Positions 13,701 through 28,700 of a DNA stretch of 64,000 nt are shown here, in pieces (within the stretch, counting starts at the first letter, position 1; each line of letters begins with the position of its first letter). The translations under genes and the position numbers were made by a program. Below the pieces are notes generated by a model. That model did not search any database. It was not told the DNA's origin and was given only the letters and a program-made list of their open reading frames with translations. This DNA comes from Haliotis cracherodii. Its lineage: Eukaryota. Location: contig NW_027266343.1 of assembly GCF_022045235.1 (NCBI RefSeq), positions 22,010,001-22,074,000 on the forward strand, read 5' to 3'.

Positions 13701-16700
13701 TTCGTATGATTTTCAACATGAAGCTTTTTGCATGATGTCTGTCGTTCTCCTTTGCACCATCATTCGACAAGGGGACTACATGGTCAGGCTGGATCTACAA
13801 GACGCTTACCTTCACGTAACCATCCATCGAGAGCACCGCCATTACCTCCGATTTATTTTCCAAGGTCGTCACTACCAATGAAAGGTGCTCCCATCTGGAA
13901 TTTCTTTGGCCCAGTAGCTTTTTACCCACCTTACAAAGCCCATCATGAAGTTTCTTCACGTCAGCGGGATTGTCTTTGAGTCATTCATCGATGATTGCAT
14001 CCTGGCCGGAATGTCTTAGTCAAATATCTCGCCTTCCCGCAGAGATTACTTCATCATCTCGGTTGGCTAGTCAACACAGAAAAGTAGAAAAACACACCCT
14101 CTCAGCAACTGCAGTTCATCAGAGCTCTTTTCGACACCGATCTCGGGAAGCTGTTTGTTCTTCCGGACAGGTAGAAGAAGATACAATGACTTGTGTCGTT
14201 AGCACTCAGGCAGTCTCTTCATCTTCGACAATGACAATTCCGGACAGGATTTGAGCAAGTAATGCCGATTGGCGCAGATGACATGCCATAGGGTTCCTTT
14301 GACACTTTTTGTCTTATGAGGGTTTATCTATATTGAGGATTACATCTGAAGTTATGCCCACCGCCGTTCCATCAGATACAGATGCATTAAGGAGTAATGT
14401 TTGTTACTCTTGTATGACTGCATTACTACGTCTAAGGGACTCCGTATTGCAGACCTGCCTCCTCACTATATCTTCAGACAAAACTATGTGTGACAAGCAG
14501 TAATATGAAGATATGTGACATCACCATTTCCGTTGGATATGTGGTAGCTGTGTTAGGTCAGGCTTCAGACTTCACAATTGTATGAAACAACTTTTTTCTT
14601 CACACAGGTCTATTTCTGTCATTAGGTAAGCAGTAGGTGCATTAAGGTGTAATGCAGGATAAGTATACAAATAAAAAAAATACTTAGATTTTACTAATGC
14701 TCAAACTAGTCATTTATCCTCTTCATATTCTGCACTGCAAACTAGGTGGCATGTCAGTATTTTTGCCCAGACCATAAAATGAAACAATTGTTTGTGTGTT
14801 GAGTATTAAAATCAACATTAGAGACCGTTTCCTGTGTCCGGAAGCACGGGTGTCCCCGTCATCTAAGGCCATGCAGTTTGCTGTGTCCCTTGGGCATGCC
14901 AAAAACCTGGTTCGCCCTGATTATGTTTCTAGGTTTTTCAGCACCATACCGGTGCTTGTCAGTTTCACCAAATTGATAAACGCCTGAGACATGTATCACT
15001 TCAAGCTTTCCTCCCTCATCAAGCTGACACGCTGTGATATGACTGGAATAACTGTTCAAAGCGGCGTCAAAAACAACTCATTCTTTTTGTGTCTTATTTC
15101 TGTATTTAACAAACTTGGTAAAGTGATAGCAACATAAGATTATGGCTAAGATTAAGATACGTAACAAATGAATGTAAGAACCTCATTCAACCATTGCATA
15201 TTTCAGTATCCAGTAATCTATCTGATAACTTTATAACTAAATAATCAGATGTGACTTCTTCTTGACAATTGTTATTCAGTTTCATTGTGTAATGAGTACA
15301 AATTCAATCCATGTCAATAATTAGTATTTTTCATCAGATATATGTTCATTAGATCATGGATTTAAGTAGGTTTCCACTGCATGTACCTCGTAGATATGAA
15401 ACATTTCTATATAGCAGCTTCTGTTTTCATGTTTGTCCAGCTTCTAATGCCTATCAAAGACTAACCACCATTCCGACAGTTAGGTTCTGAATCAAGATTG
15501 TACTGGTCATTGGTTCAGTCACTGACATTCACCACAGAGAGAAACTACATAAAGCAATTAATTAACAAAATCAACTAGCTATGCAGTGTTTCTAGTTATA
15601 TAGAAAACTGTGTGTCTTCTTGACTTAATTTTGTCTGTTGGTTATGTAAGGAGGATACTCAGTGTACTTGAAATCAAGATCAATATTTATGTTTCTATGA
15701 CCAGTTATTTAGACGACGTTGTGCATGAATTCTGATAGTCTTTTAGGTGTAAATTGAAGTCCGAGGAGCCAACCTGTAGACTGAGATATGATGTGCACAC
15801 AACAGCAGAGACGGCTAATGTTTATACTGATGCAAGTATGTCTGTACATACAGGGTTACCATAAACTGATGTGTCACCAACACACGGAGAGGGAAGAAGT
15901 TTGTGCTGAGCTGGACCAGTCAGACATTCAGGACATGGACAAGGTGACCAAGGTGAGGTGAAGGAGCACTGTGGCATTGTGGCAAGACTTCTGACAATAC
16001 AGCAAGTGGCACTTGGCATTTCCTTGGAGATGTTATGATTAGCCGATGATGTTGGGAGTGTGTCAGAAAAAAAGAATCTGGCAATGCTGACTCAGGCCCT
16101 CCTATATATTGGATTAAGAAGCATTGAATGCGTTTAGATTGAAGGCATATTGGTAGCATAGCTTTCGTATTGGAACCGAATGCATTTATTATGGGAACAA
16201 AAAGAAAAACTGTTGGATTTGACAGTGGCCATTAGCGGAATATGTGTACAACCGCTGTGGGAAACTCGATCAAATGTAGCGGAATTACTTCAGCTGCATC
16301 CGTCAAAAGCCAATCGTAGTCTATTGACAATGCCTTTTCAGGAAACACAGTGTGCAAGAAATGGTGGCGATAAACAAATCACCGACAAACAAAGTAATTT
16401 CTTTTGGTTAGTCTGACTCAAAGTTTTGACAATAAAACATAACATCCATGGTATTGAGCAACTAGTATTCATATGCACCAGAATTTGTTATCAATAGTGG
16501 GAGGCTTGAATTCTGGTATCTGCAATCTTGCTTATTGTGTGGTAGCCAAAATACACACATCGGGACCTGTTAATGGTATATATCAATAAAATACATATAA
16601 ATTAAGATTATTGTTTAAGTGCCAGTCAGCCACAGACGAATCCCTTGCTGTTGATGTTGACTGACAGAATTTTTTATTAGCACTGTTATATCAACAATTA

Positions 16701-19700
16701 TTGGGCAAATACTACATCTTGCTCTAAGACGTTAACGGTGAATGAAATTATGGGTGAAGCAATTTATCTAGCTCTATGACGGATAAGCTTTCCATTCGAC
16801 TCCATCAAAATACATTGATAATGCATACAAAATTTTTTTTTAATGAAAATGAATAATCTGTATCAGAGGGGAATTATAATTTACATTCAATGCGCATTAT
16901 CTTCTTACTAAGAATTACATTCTTTGGAAACAACTGTTGACACTTCCCATTTTCTCTTCTCAGCTACTGTTAGCCATGTTTGGCTGTGTGGTGATTCCAA
17001 TGAGAACCGCTGTTTTGACGATAGGTACTGCATTGGAAACTATTCCTTCGCATTTGGTAGCTATACACACAATGTTTCTTACATTAATTCCGATAATGCT
17101 TCTTTTCAATCAAAAAGATAGGAGGACTTGTGACTGAATCAAGAAATTAGGGGAATGGAAAATGAGTTACTTGTGATGATGAGGGTTATGACTCATTTCA
17201 TATGAGTTTTAACATTATTTTAGTGTTGAGAAGCTAAAGTTATGGATAGTATTCTCTTAGTTGTCCCAGAGTGGTGTGGGGATCCCGGGACTCACTGCTG
17301 ACCTGAAAGGTTCTCTCTGTAGTTGGGAAGTTAGGATACACTGAAAGTGACAGAATTAAGTGTTAACCTAGAAATTGTATGAGACTCTTCAACATGCCAT
17401 CTAGTTATGTGTTGTGTGTATATATATAAGTAAGGCCACAGATACACATCTGAGGACTTGTTGTAACTCAGAAAACTCTCTTTCTTCCCCAAATGGACTT
17501 GACCAATAAATCTAGCTTATGATTTGATGAGCTTCATGAAAGTTAAGAGTTGATAACAAGTACTACCAGATTTTTGGTATTTTGAGTTTATAATTAACTA
17601 TTCATGCACCACTGGCATCATTTATTGGGAACATTCATTTTTATGGGTTTTTCTGCCCATAATATTTCCTGTTATTGCATATTACATGTAGTGACCTTTT
17701 ATGATTTTCATTTGATTTATTATTTTATTGTATGGATACCAATAGCTTTGGTCCTTTTTTTGTTTTGTTTAGGAATTAAACAAATAATGTACGAGAGATA
17801 CATGGTAAAGTATAGTGTTTGTGTTGCAGGGACTGAGAGAGCAAGAGCTGTCTGAAGTGGAGGAGAAGTTAGGTACACAGATGGCAGAGGTGGGTCGGCA
17901 GGGGAACATGGGCAGCACCGACGTCAACCGCCTTCTCAGGCAACACCGTCAGCAGATGGACAACTACAACGGTCAGTGCATCATACCATCATTCACTGCA
18001 AACAGGCAGTCATTATGATTTTTACCATTTTGAGGTGTCAGTTATTTATATCTTGACTGTTTATACTAAGCCATGTGATGTTGATTGATCAGCTGACTGT
18101 TGACTGTTTCAGGTCGTAAACAGAAGGAGAGGCAGGCAATGCTGGCCCGCCTCCAGGAGCGCTTGGCATATAGACTGCAGGTCAGTTCAGTACAACACTG
18201 TGTTAAATGACACTTGTGTGATGGAGGTTAAGTGTCTAGGTTATATGACACTGGTGTGTTGCAGGTTATGTGTCTAGGTGATATAACACTTGTGTGTTGC
18301 AGGTTATGTGTCTAGGTAATATGACACTGGTGTGTTGCAGGTTGTGTGTCTAGGTTATATGACACTGGTGTGTTGCAGGTTGTGTGTCTAGGTTATATGA
18401 CACTGGTGTGTTGCAAGTTATGTGTCTAGGTTATATGACACTGGTGTGTTGCAGGTTATGTGTGTCTAGGTTATATGACACTGGTGTGTTCCAGGTTGTG
18501 TGTCTAGGTTATATGACACTGGTGTGTTGCAGGTTGTGTCTAGGTTATATGACACTGGTGTGTTGCAGGTGGTGTGTCTAAGTTATATGACACTGGTGTG
18601 TTGCAGGTTGTGTGTCTAGGTTATATGACACTGGTGTATTGCAGGTTGTGTGTCTAGGTTATTTGACACTGGTGTGTTGCAGGTTGTGTGTCTAGGTTAT
18701 ATGACACTGGTGTGTTGCAGGTTGTGTGTCTAGGTGATATAACACTGGTGTGTTGCAGGTTATGTGTCTAGGTTATATGACACTGGTGTGTTGCAGGTTG
18801 TGTGTATAGGTTATATGACACTGGTGTGTTGCAGGTTGTGTGTCTAGGTTATATGACACTGGTGTGTTGCAGGTTGTGTGTCTAGGTGATATAACACTGG
18901 TGTGTTGCAGGTTATGTGTCTAGGTTATATGACACTGATGTGTTGCAGGTTGTGTGTATAGGTTATATGACACTGGTGTGTTGCAGGTTGTGTGTCTAGG
19001 TTATATGACACTGGTGTGTTGCAGGTTATGTGTAGGTTATATGACACTGGTGTGTTGCACGTTGTGTGTCTAGGTGATATAACACTTGTGTGTTGCAGGT
19101 TATGTGTGTCTAGGTTATATGACACTGGTGTGTTGCAGGTTATGTGTCTAGGTTATATGACACTGGTGTGTTACAGGTTGTGTGTCTAGGTTATATGACA
19201 CTGGTGTGTTGCAGGTTGTGTGTATAGGTGATATAACACTGATGTGTTGCACGTTGTGTGTCTAGGTTATATGACACTGGTGTGTTGCAGGTGGTGTGTG
19301 TCTAGGTTATATGACACTGGTGTGTTGCAGGTTGTGTGTCTAGGTTATATGACACTGGTGTGTTGCAGGTGATGTGTGTCTAGGTTATATGACACTGGTG
19401 TGTTGCAGGTGGTGTGTGTCTAGGTTATATGACACTGGTGTGTTGCAGGTGGTGTGTGCCTAGGTTATATGACACTGGTGTGTTGCAGGTTGTGTGTCTA
19501 GGTTATATGACACTGGTGTGTTGCAGGTGGTGTGTGTCTAGGTTATATGACACTGGTGTGTTGCAGGTTGTGTGTCTAGGTTATATGACACTGGTGTGTT
19601 GCAGGTGGTGTGTCTAGGTTATATGACACTGGTGTGTTGCAGGTGGTGTGTGTCTAGGTTATATGACACTGGTGTGTTGCAGGTTGTGTGTCTAGGTTAT

Positions 19701-22700
19701 AAGACACTGGTGTGTTGCAGGTGGTGTGTGTCAAGGTTATATGACACTGGTGTGTTGCAGGTTGTGTGTCGAGGTTATTTGATACTGGTGTGTTGCAGGT
19801 TGTGTGTCTAGGTTATATAACACTGGTATGTTGCAGGTTGTGTGTCTAGGTTATATAACACTGGTGTGTTGCAGGTTGTGTGTCTAGGTTATATAACACT
19901 GGTATGTTGCAGGTGGTGTCAGACCAGGAGCAGGAGGAAGAGATGGAGATGGACACATTGAGGCAGCAGCAGACAGACACCCTCAACAAAGTCCTATCTT
20001 CCAACATTGAGCTCTCACTAGAGTGAGTCATTGCCTATTTGTCACAACTACAAGATGAATTCATTTGGTTTGTTATTGATGAGATACATATAAACATGCT
20101 CTGACATAGCTTTGTAAATGATGAACAGGGCCCGAGAACGGATTCTGAAGGAACACAACCAGAACATGCAGTCCCTTTCCAATCAGCTGCAGCGCAGTAA
20201 GATGAGGCAGCAAAAAAGGTGAGTGTACACCATCTACAAGATGTTTAGCTATTTAGTTCCCATATAGGATTAGATATAACCAATTTCTTAAAACATTGTT
20301 TGTGCACTTGTGCAAATATCACTTCACAAGCACCAACGTAAACATCATCAGGATGGCATTGTTTACATCATTCAAATCTTAGTGTGACACAAGGTCGGTA
20401 GGACGTCACACTATAAACATCATAGCTGAAGATTGTTGACGTCATTTGACAATTGTGGTTTTCTAAGATGGCGGTAATGATCAGTGTCTTTTTATGAAGG
20501 GGAACTCAAAAGGATTAGGAAATAATGGGTTATATAGAAACTATTACTCACATGTGTGTCATACTCATTTTACGAAACTCAAGTAAGAATTTAATACCCT
20601 CGTTCTCACTTTGGAAATATAAAAATTCTGACACTCATTTTGTAAAATCAGAGTCGTGAAACAATCTCTTTTGATTGACCATTTGGTTTGCAATAAGACA
20701 CAGCTCATATCTGAAGAAGACTTTGTGCATCAGTGTTGACATAATGGCAATGCTTTTCACAATAACAATGACACCACAATGGTAATGTCATCACAGCATA
20801 TTGTTGACCCTGTTAGCTTCTCAGCACAGTCTTCAATTCTGCCCAAGTTACATTGCTTCTTAACTTCATAAGATAATGTGTCAGAATTTATTAACATTGT
20901 ATTTCCCTTTAATATTCCGTTTTGGAGACCCATAATATGGACACTTGTTTCAAAAAACATGTATAACAGACTCGCATTTAGCATTTAAAATGAAAGATAT
21001 TACACTTCCGGTACTCATTCCAGCCTTGAAGTCAAACTGAATCAACGCCGGGCCAAACTAGAAGATATGCAAGCCAGACATGCAGAAATGAGAAGAGCTA
21101 AGCAAAATGCAAAACAGAAAGAAAAAGATAAACTGGAACAACAGCTGGTGGGTTTTTTCTGTTGGAAGGTGGTGGGTCTGATACAAGACTGGGATTTGGA
21201 GAAATTTTAAGAGAAATTCTGGAGAGTTGTGTTTTGCACACACCTACACACACACAAAGTTTGTAATGATGCACTAACTATTGCACTATATGAACAAACA
21301 TTCAAACTATATCAAATATGTCGTAACAGTTTGAGGATTAACAAGTTGACATTGTTGTAGGCTGCTGAAATGAGTGTGGAGGAGGGGAGGCTGGAGGCTG
21401 GCAGACAGGCAGCATTGCTGGCCCTGCAGCAGCAGCTGGCCCGGGAGACGGAGGAGGCCCTGCTGCAACAGGACCAGGAGATCAGCTTACTGATTGGCCG
21501 GCTCCAGGTAACCAGCAGGGAACATAGGACTTAGGCACATTGGAATCCAACATCAATTGGAACCACCCCAGGGGAGGGGAGGTAACTCTGTCATAACAAC
21601 ATGTCATAAATAGGACAACAAACAACCATAGGAGGAGGATTAAAAAAGATTTTATTAAGGCAGCATTTGGATATGCACTTCTGGATGTCACTTTTGATGA
21701 GTACAAAAACCAAAGTTTTGTTTAATCTGAAGTTTACATTTAATAATTCTTAATGTAATGAATTATTTCAATAGTCTGGACAGTTTTACTATGTATCATA
21801 AATAAGATCCATGAGAGTACCATCTGGCTAACACATTCAGTATCATGAATAACAGGCTATAGAAAACTGAATCTTTACCCCAAACAGACCTAAAAATCAA
21901 TGTCTTCTTTTCAAATGAAGAATGGTCAAACTCCTATAGAATCACTTGTCATCAGCTGTAAATCAAACAAACATGCACTGTAATTGTCCAATTGTCACTG
22001 TTGTACATTTAACTACTATCGATTCCTCATTAGTGTCACTTACAATCAGCAATCAAACTATCAGTGTCAGCAGTGCATGATCTTTGTCACCTTATTGTTG
22101 CAAGCATGGCATAGTCATGCAGTTTGTGTAGTGTTAAAATTACTTAAACTAGTCTCCTGTAAAGTCTCCTTATCTCTTAGACTATTTCCAAATTACCAAC
22201 TGCCATCACCTGCACATGTTTGTTTAAAGCAGGGTGTAACCATCTCACTCAGCAGGTCAGCTGTCATATTTCAACAAGGATGAGAAGAACTGAAAGTGAT
22301 GTCACCAATTTCCGCAGTTTCTGTCAGAAGACATGCTCTTTCTTTGGATTCCCAATGCTGCAATAGTTTTTCTTTGAATGCCAAATAATTCTGTTACTAC
22401 TGATGAATGTACCAAGAAGTTGATGATCAATTGGGTACCAAATTCATCCTAGGTTTTAAACATTCAATAATACATGGCATAAAAATTTGATCTACAATAA
22501 CTTCTTGGGTTGTTTCTGATTTGTGTTTGTGTTGGTTTTCTTTTGTTAAAATCCAAATTTCAGAATCGAAGTGCTAAAGAAGTCAAGCCGAATTGTTTTA
22601 GAAAGCTGACATCTGTTTGGCTCTAGAGTCCATTATCTTTCATTTAGGTATTCACTTAATGCAGCCATCTATGGAGGCCTTCACGCAGGTCTTCACTTAC

Positions 22701-25700
22701 ATAGGTACCTTATCAGAGTAAAACATCAGATGTTCAATTTGAGCACTTGCACCTCAATAGTTGAGAGTATATAGATATGAGTCATGCCCATCATGTTGTA
22801 GTACAATTGTAAAAGAAGTGAAAGATGTGACATCAATCTTGATGGATATTTTAAATTTGGATGTTTGTGTATATGTGCGGTTAAGTTTGATATGTATACC
22901 CTCCTTGTACAGGTGGGACAGGCGCGGAGGCAAGCTATATTGAGGAAGCAGGACAAGACAATGAAGGAGCTGCAGGTAAACCAACAGTCGAGGGCTAAGC
23001 AAAGTATCCATCTATCATGGCAGTGATCCATGTTATGAATGTTGCGATGGATCAGGGAAGGTGTTCATTGTCAGTTTTATCCAGGGGTCATTTAGCTTAG
23101 TAGCTGTATGTATTCATGTACCGAGAACAAGTTCCCAGTGAATCATTCACCATGTCAATAAATACTGTAATGTTAAAATAAGCATATGTGGTGTTGGAAG
23201 GTGTGTGATGTTATTCCTGTGGCCCCCACAGGACCAGTTGGAGCGGCGGATGACGCAGGGTGGGGACCTTCCTCGGAGCTACACAGATCAGCTCATACAG
23301 CAGCACCACAACCAGGTGGAGAACCTCAACGACCACATCCAGCGTAACAGACAGAAGCAGGAGAGGATTATCTTGGAGAAACTACAGACCAAACGCCATA
23401 TGAAGGAAAAGTCAGTCAGCATGCTTGTCAGTGTTGTTGTAAATTGTGATTATTCCTATTTTGTAAAAACTCTTAATCTGAGGAATATGTTTAAGCATTG
23501 ACATCAGTTTGTGGATTTACGCAAAGTGCGCACAATAGATTTTACGTTTATACCCCCATAAATGCAAATACATGTTGAAGTCAAATCTTATCAGTTGATA
23601 TGTCACCAATAACTTCACACTCTGCTTATTTAACACAATAAAACTGTAAATAACAATACGAATCAATGAGATCATTCAGCGCAATAATACAACACAAGCC
23701 CCACCCATTTTGTTATCAAACAATCAGGAAACAGTACATTTTGGCGTTGCCAAATTTAAAATAATCCTTCATGTACTGAAGCAGCCCTCTGTGTTTATGT
23801 GAGATATTTGTATGATTTTTAACTAGAAATAGTGTGGTGTCGTTTTTACCGAACAAGCAGGTATTGCCAAACAAAAATTCATTTCTTTGTTTTTTCTCTC
23901 ATATGTCTTGAAAGAGAAACTTCTGCCAGAATGGTTGTCTGCTTTGAATATGTAAATTAAGACATGCAGAAAAGAAAACAGATTTAAAGAAAAACAACGG
24001 GCATCACATCCATCCTAATATGTATAATGGGCGATAAAAGAGCTGAGCCAGCAAGTCTGGCCATAACTGTGACAGCCCTATCTAAAAATAACAACATGTC
24101 TATTTTAGTACAGTTACACAATTTTGGACCATCTTTGTTGGCCATATATGGACAGTACGGGTTGATCAAGGCTAACCCTGCACTTGTTCACCCTGTCATC
24201 ATTTACCAAACAAGTCTCATGGACCTCAACATCATGATGATAGTTGTGTGGTTAATGAGATTGGACATATTGATAGTGCAACAAACACTGTTGTATGTGG
24301 TTTATATACTGTTAAAAGAAACACAAAACAAGATATGTGTGTCTCTATACAATATTCTTCGGTGTCAGATCCTAATTAGTCTCACAGAATTGCCTTGGTA
24401 TCAGTATATGGCAGGAAAAAGTCCTACATGTACATCTTGATGTCCAGACTACTTTAATTAATGTAGAGGGAGCACAGCATATGTGCAGTCAGACAATAAA
24501 TGTATCTGACAAAGAACAAGAATCGTCAGCTCTGGAAATGTGTCCTGTTTCACAAACACAATCATTGTTTTAACAAGGAGTGAGTCACATTGTCCCAGCT
24601 ACCTCGTTCTCCCTAACTAATTGTTTTTTTTCACATGGAACAATTTGACCAGTCACCGTCGAGACCCCCGCAAGAACTACCATTTGACATAGAATCGTCT
24701 ATCTACAACAAATATGACTTTTAACGAGACAAAGTATGGCATTTTTGATATATGTATCCATTCTTTGTCAACTAATGTTCGTTTCAAGGCGCCAATAGTG
24801 GTAATTTGACTGGTTGCTATTTATAACGGTGAGTTGTGCAATCTTCCGATTGCTTCACACTTGATTTCGCCGAAGTTAATTAAAACAATATAAAAAGGAA
24901 TTTTGAATAAAATTAATGGAATAAGTTACAAACATAAGTCCAGATATACAATGAAAACATTTCATAACCAGACAGTGTAATTACAAGATTACATTGTGTA
25001 CTTCAGTACGGATTTGTTGACATGGTATTCCGGTGTTATGTGCTCACGGTAATGTCTTTGCTTTGGGGGGGCACGGGTGGCCCAGTCGTCTAAGGCGCTG
25101 CGATTCGCTGTGCAGAGTTGCGTCCCTTGGGCATGCCAGAAACCTATGATTGTGGGTTCGAATCCCGGTTCGCCCCAATTATGTTTCTAGGTTTGTCAGC
25201 ACCATACCTGTGCTCGTGGGTTTCCCCGAAGTGGTAAACGTCTTAGACCTGAATCACTTCGGGCTTTCCTCCCACATCAAGCTGACACGCCGTGATATAA
25301 CTGGAATACTGTTAAAAGCGGCGTTAAAACCCAACTCACTCACTCACTCTTTGCTTTGGGGGGAAAAACATCGAAACTCATTATGGCGTGTATAATGCGC
25401 ACCCCTTCTACACAGCTGTGTTTTTTTTGGAAAAAGGTACGCACTATACTCAAGAAAACTTTAAACATTAGGTTGCTAAATAACTTACTTTTTCATCAGG
25501 AACATGTTAGTTGGGGCATGTCGATAAACTTTTGAAAATATGCAATCATGACCTCATGTACATGTCAAGGGCAGTTAATCTCACGGCTTGGATGAGAGTG
25601 CTTTCCCTTTCACAGTGCACACTGCTGACTAAGGGGCACCTTGCCTTTTCATGCATCAGACTCTACAGTGTTATTTAATTTTTCACAATTCCAGTCACAT

Positions 25701-28700
25701 AAATCATTGTCGGCTGTAGACTGAAAGGTTGACCAGCAGGGATAACGGGGGTATGTGAGCTTTGCTCACTTCTTTCTTGTTTGATAGACCCATGAACATA
25801 AGAACTGCAGACCAGTAATATGTGCAGAACATATATTAGTAAAATGTTGCCAGTAAACCAAAACAAAGTAACATACAAATCATGAAAAGCTTGCATTACC
25901 TTCTATCAGTAAATATTACTGTGAATGTCAATAAAGTATCATCCATTTTGTTGTTGTATCTGTTCGGAAAATTTACAAATATTGTCTTCTAACAAATGGC
26001 GAGATGTGGATCGATTGTCAGTGATATAATGTGCAGACCCATACTCATTATAATTTTCTTGGGTTGCCTGGGATAATCTGGTCTGGCTTTTTTATAGATA
26101 GACAGTATAACTTGAAATATTACTAAGTGCATCTCACACTGAACTACTTTAAAGAAATTGGTCTGTACACTGGTCCCTCGCTACAACGCTACCAGCGGTT
26201 CACATGGTGGAGGGCGTGGGGGTTCTTCAACTTATGATTTCCGGTCTTGTTACAAGCAAGGAGCACTGTAACATGTTGCCTGGCTTTCTTGAAACCTGTC
26301 TTCTGCCTGGGGTCATTTTTCTCGGCGAGAGTCTTGTCAGGGAGCATCCTATAGTACAGGCCGGTCTCATCAGCATTGTATATCTGCTCATCATGCAGGC
26401 CTTCTGCGTCAATGATGTCTCGGAGTATCGTTGGATATGCTGCAGCAGATTCAACATCGGCAGATTTAGTCTCGCTGCTGACGGTGATGGACTTGATCCC
26501 GTCACGTCGCTGGAACCTCCAAAACCAGCCATCACTGGCCTTGAAGGTGTCGTTGTCCCCGTTTATCTTCCTCGACATCTTCTGAGCCTGGACCGTAAGT
26601 ATTTCATCCGAAAGGGGAATGCGTGAACCACTCGAACAAGGCCTTGTCCAGAGTAGTGTCGTCGGCTCCACGGATTCTCTCCTGTTGTGGCATTCGGTGG
26701 CAGCTGACTGAAGTTTTTCCTCATCTTAATCTAACACCAAATGGTCCCCGCTGGAACGCCGGACTGGCGGCTCACACTGGCCTGTGAAGCACCATCTCTA
26801 ACATTCTTCACGATGTCTAGCTTTTCTTGCACTGTGTACGCTTTCCTCATGTTGAAATTGGAATGCCCTTGATCTGATAAATTCACTTTATATACAGTAA
26901 CGTATGTCAAGCCAGATTAATTGGTTTGATACGGTTACTTGATCCAAATCAAAAGGAGTTGACAGTGTTGCCTCAAATTGGATTGCCCACTAATTAAGAA
27001 TATGAACTTCGCTCGTGGTTCTCTTTTATTGCATGCATGCGCTTCTAAGATCAAAGGATGTATAGAGTGAAAAGTTAACTAGTAGAACAATCGTGTTTCC
27101 GGGACTTGCCACGGATGTTTTCAAACAGATTATTAGAACTCCATTCAGCGATAAACGGTTGATTATGCAATGAGAAGCGTTATGTGCAAATGAACAACGA
27201 ACAACAATACAATCATGTCTGTGTAAAACTCTCAGTATACAAGTGTGCATAAATTTTGGGAGCCATGTGTTATCGCGCGTAGTAACCGAAGTAGCGCTTT
27301 ACCAAAGAGCGCAATAGCAAGCAATCACTTTATCATATGTTTTGAATATGTATATGAATAACTAATTGCTTGTTTTTAAAATTTGGTGTGATGCTATAAT
27401 TTTATGAACAGTGATTATTGAAGGCTCGGCCTCAGATGTTAAAGTATCATAAAATGATTATATAAGGACATGGCTCCATTATGACAGGCTCCGCCATCAT
27501 GCATGATAGCGGAGCTTCAAATTAAGACAAGAGATATTATTGGATGAAATGGTCGCGGATGTGGAGGTACTGGTGGACTACGGCAATGAGCTTAACCCCT
27601 GTTAAGCAACCCCAACTGCAGCAACTGCTGCCCTGCAACAACCGTTGCCAAGCAACCCATGTTGCTTACCAATGCAGCGCCTGCTGCCCTGTAACTACCT
27701 TTGCCAAGCAACCCATGTTGCTTACCAATGCAGCGCCCGCTGCCCTGCAACTACCGTTGCCAAGCAACCCATGTTGCTATGCAGCTATCGCTGCCAGGCA
27801 AGTACCATTGCCAAACCATGAGCGAGGGCAACTATTGTTGCCAAGCTGACCATCCGCTGTAAAGCGGACACTAAGCCATCTGCTGTAAAGCAGAATGGAT
27901 AACCATTGTTCCTGCTGTAAAGCGGGTAACCCTATCCTAAATAATTTATAATTTGGGATGTATCCCAAGACGCCAAATGTAACTTGTAATGCAGTCCACC
28001 AGCACCCCGCCACAAGCACCAAGGTGCTTCCCCACAACCACGACCATTCGCGCTCATGTACACCCACCGTGTTATCCTATACTGAAAATGTTTCCTACAA
28101 GCATACAGCGGAAAGGGAGCTGCCAATGTTTTGTGTGAAAAGATCAAGTCCGCCCGGTGACAAATGAACCCCGTGACGCAGGTACAGTTGCTGCTCCTGC
28201 CGGTTGAACACTGTGTGGGGAACCCGTATCCCCCCAAGCTCACGGGCCCTGTTCACCACTCGTCTGTTCAGCTTCTGCCTGGCCCCGGGCATGGCTGGCT
28301 ACATGCCAGTACCTCCGTGGCAGCATGTCTGAACACAGAATGACCGCACCAGGTAGGAGGAGGTGTATCCTCAGGAGTGCCAGCTTGATCTCATGATATA
28401 GCTGACCATATATATGTTCGAACCAAGGTGAATCACCACCGCCTTTGGTGGTGTCTGCATTGCTTTGACCTGGGCATCTATCAGCTCGGTCAGCTCCTCC
28501 CACCTCATGCCGCCCCTTGCCAACCAGAGACATCCCCCTGGAATACCGAAGTCAATGTCCTGTAGGTGCTCTCTCGCCCGAGTCAGGAAGCTGGACCCAA
28601 TCAACCATACTGAAAACATGAATCAATAGGAAGAAAACTGTTCTTGCATGGTTGGCGATTGAAATAATTGCAGGTATGGGTATATAGCTTTTATAACATT

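Noticed and set aside
25071-25176. tRNA gene
   Set aside because: There is no clean cloverleaf or acceptor stem, and it continues into a SINE body with a tail and TSD.
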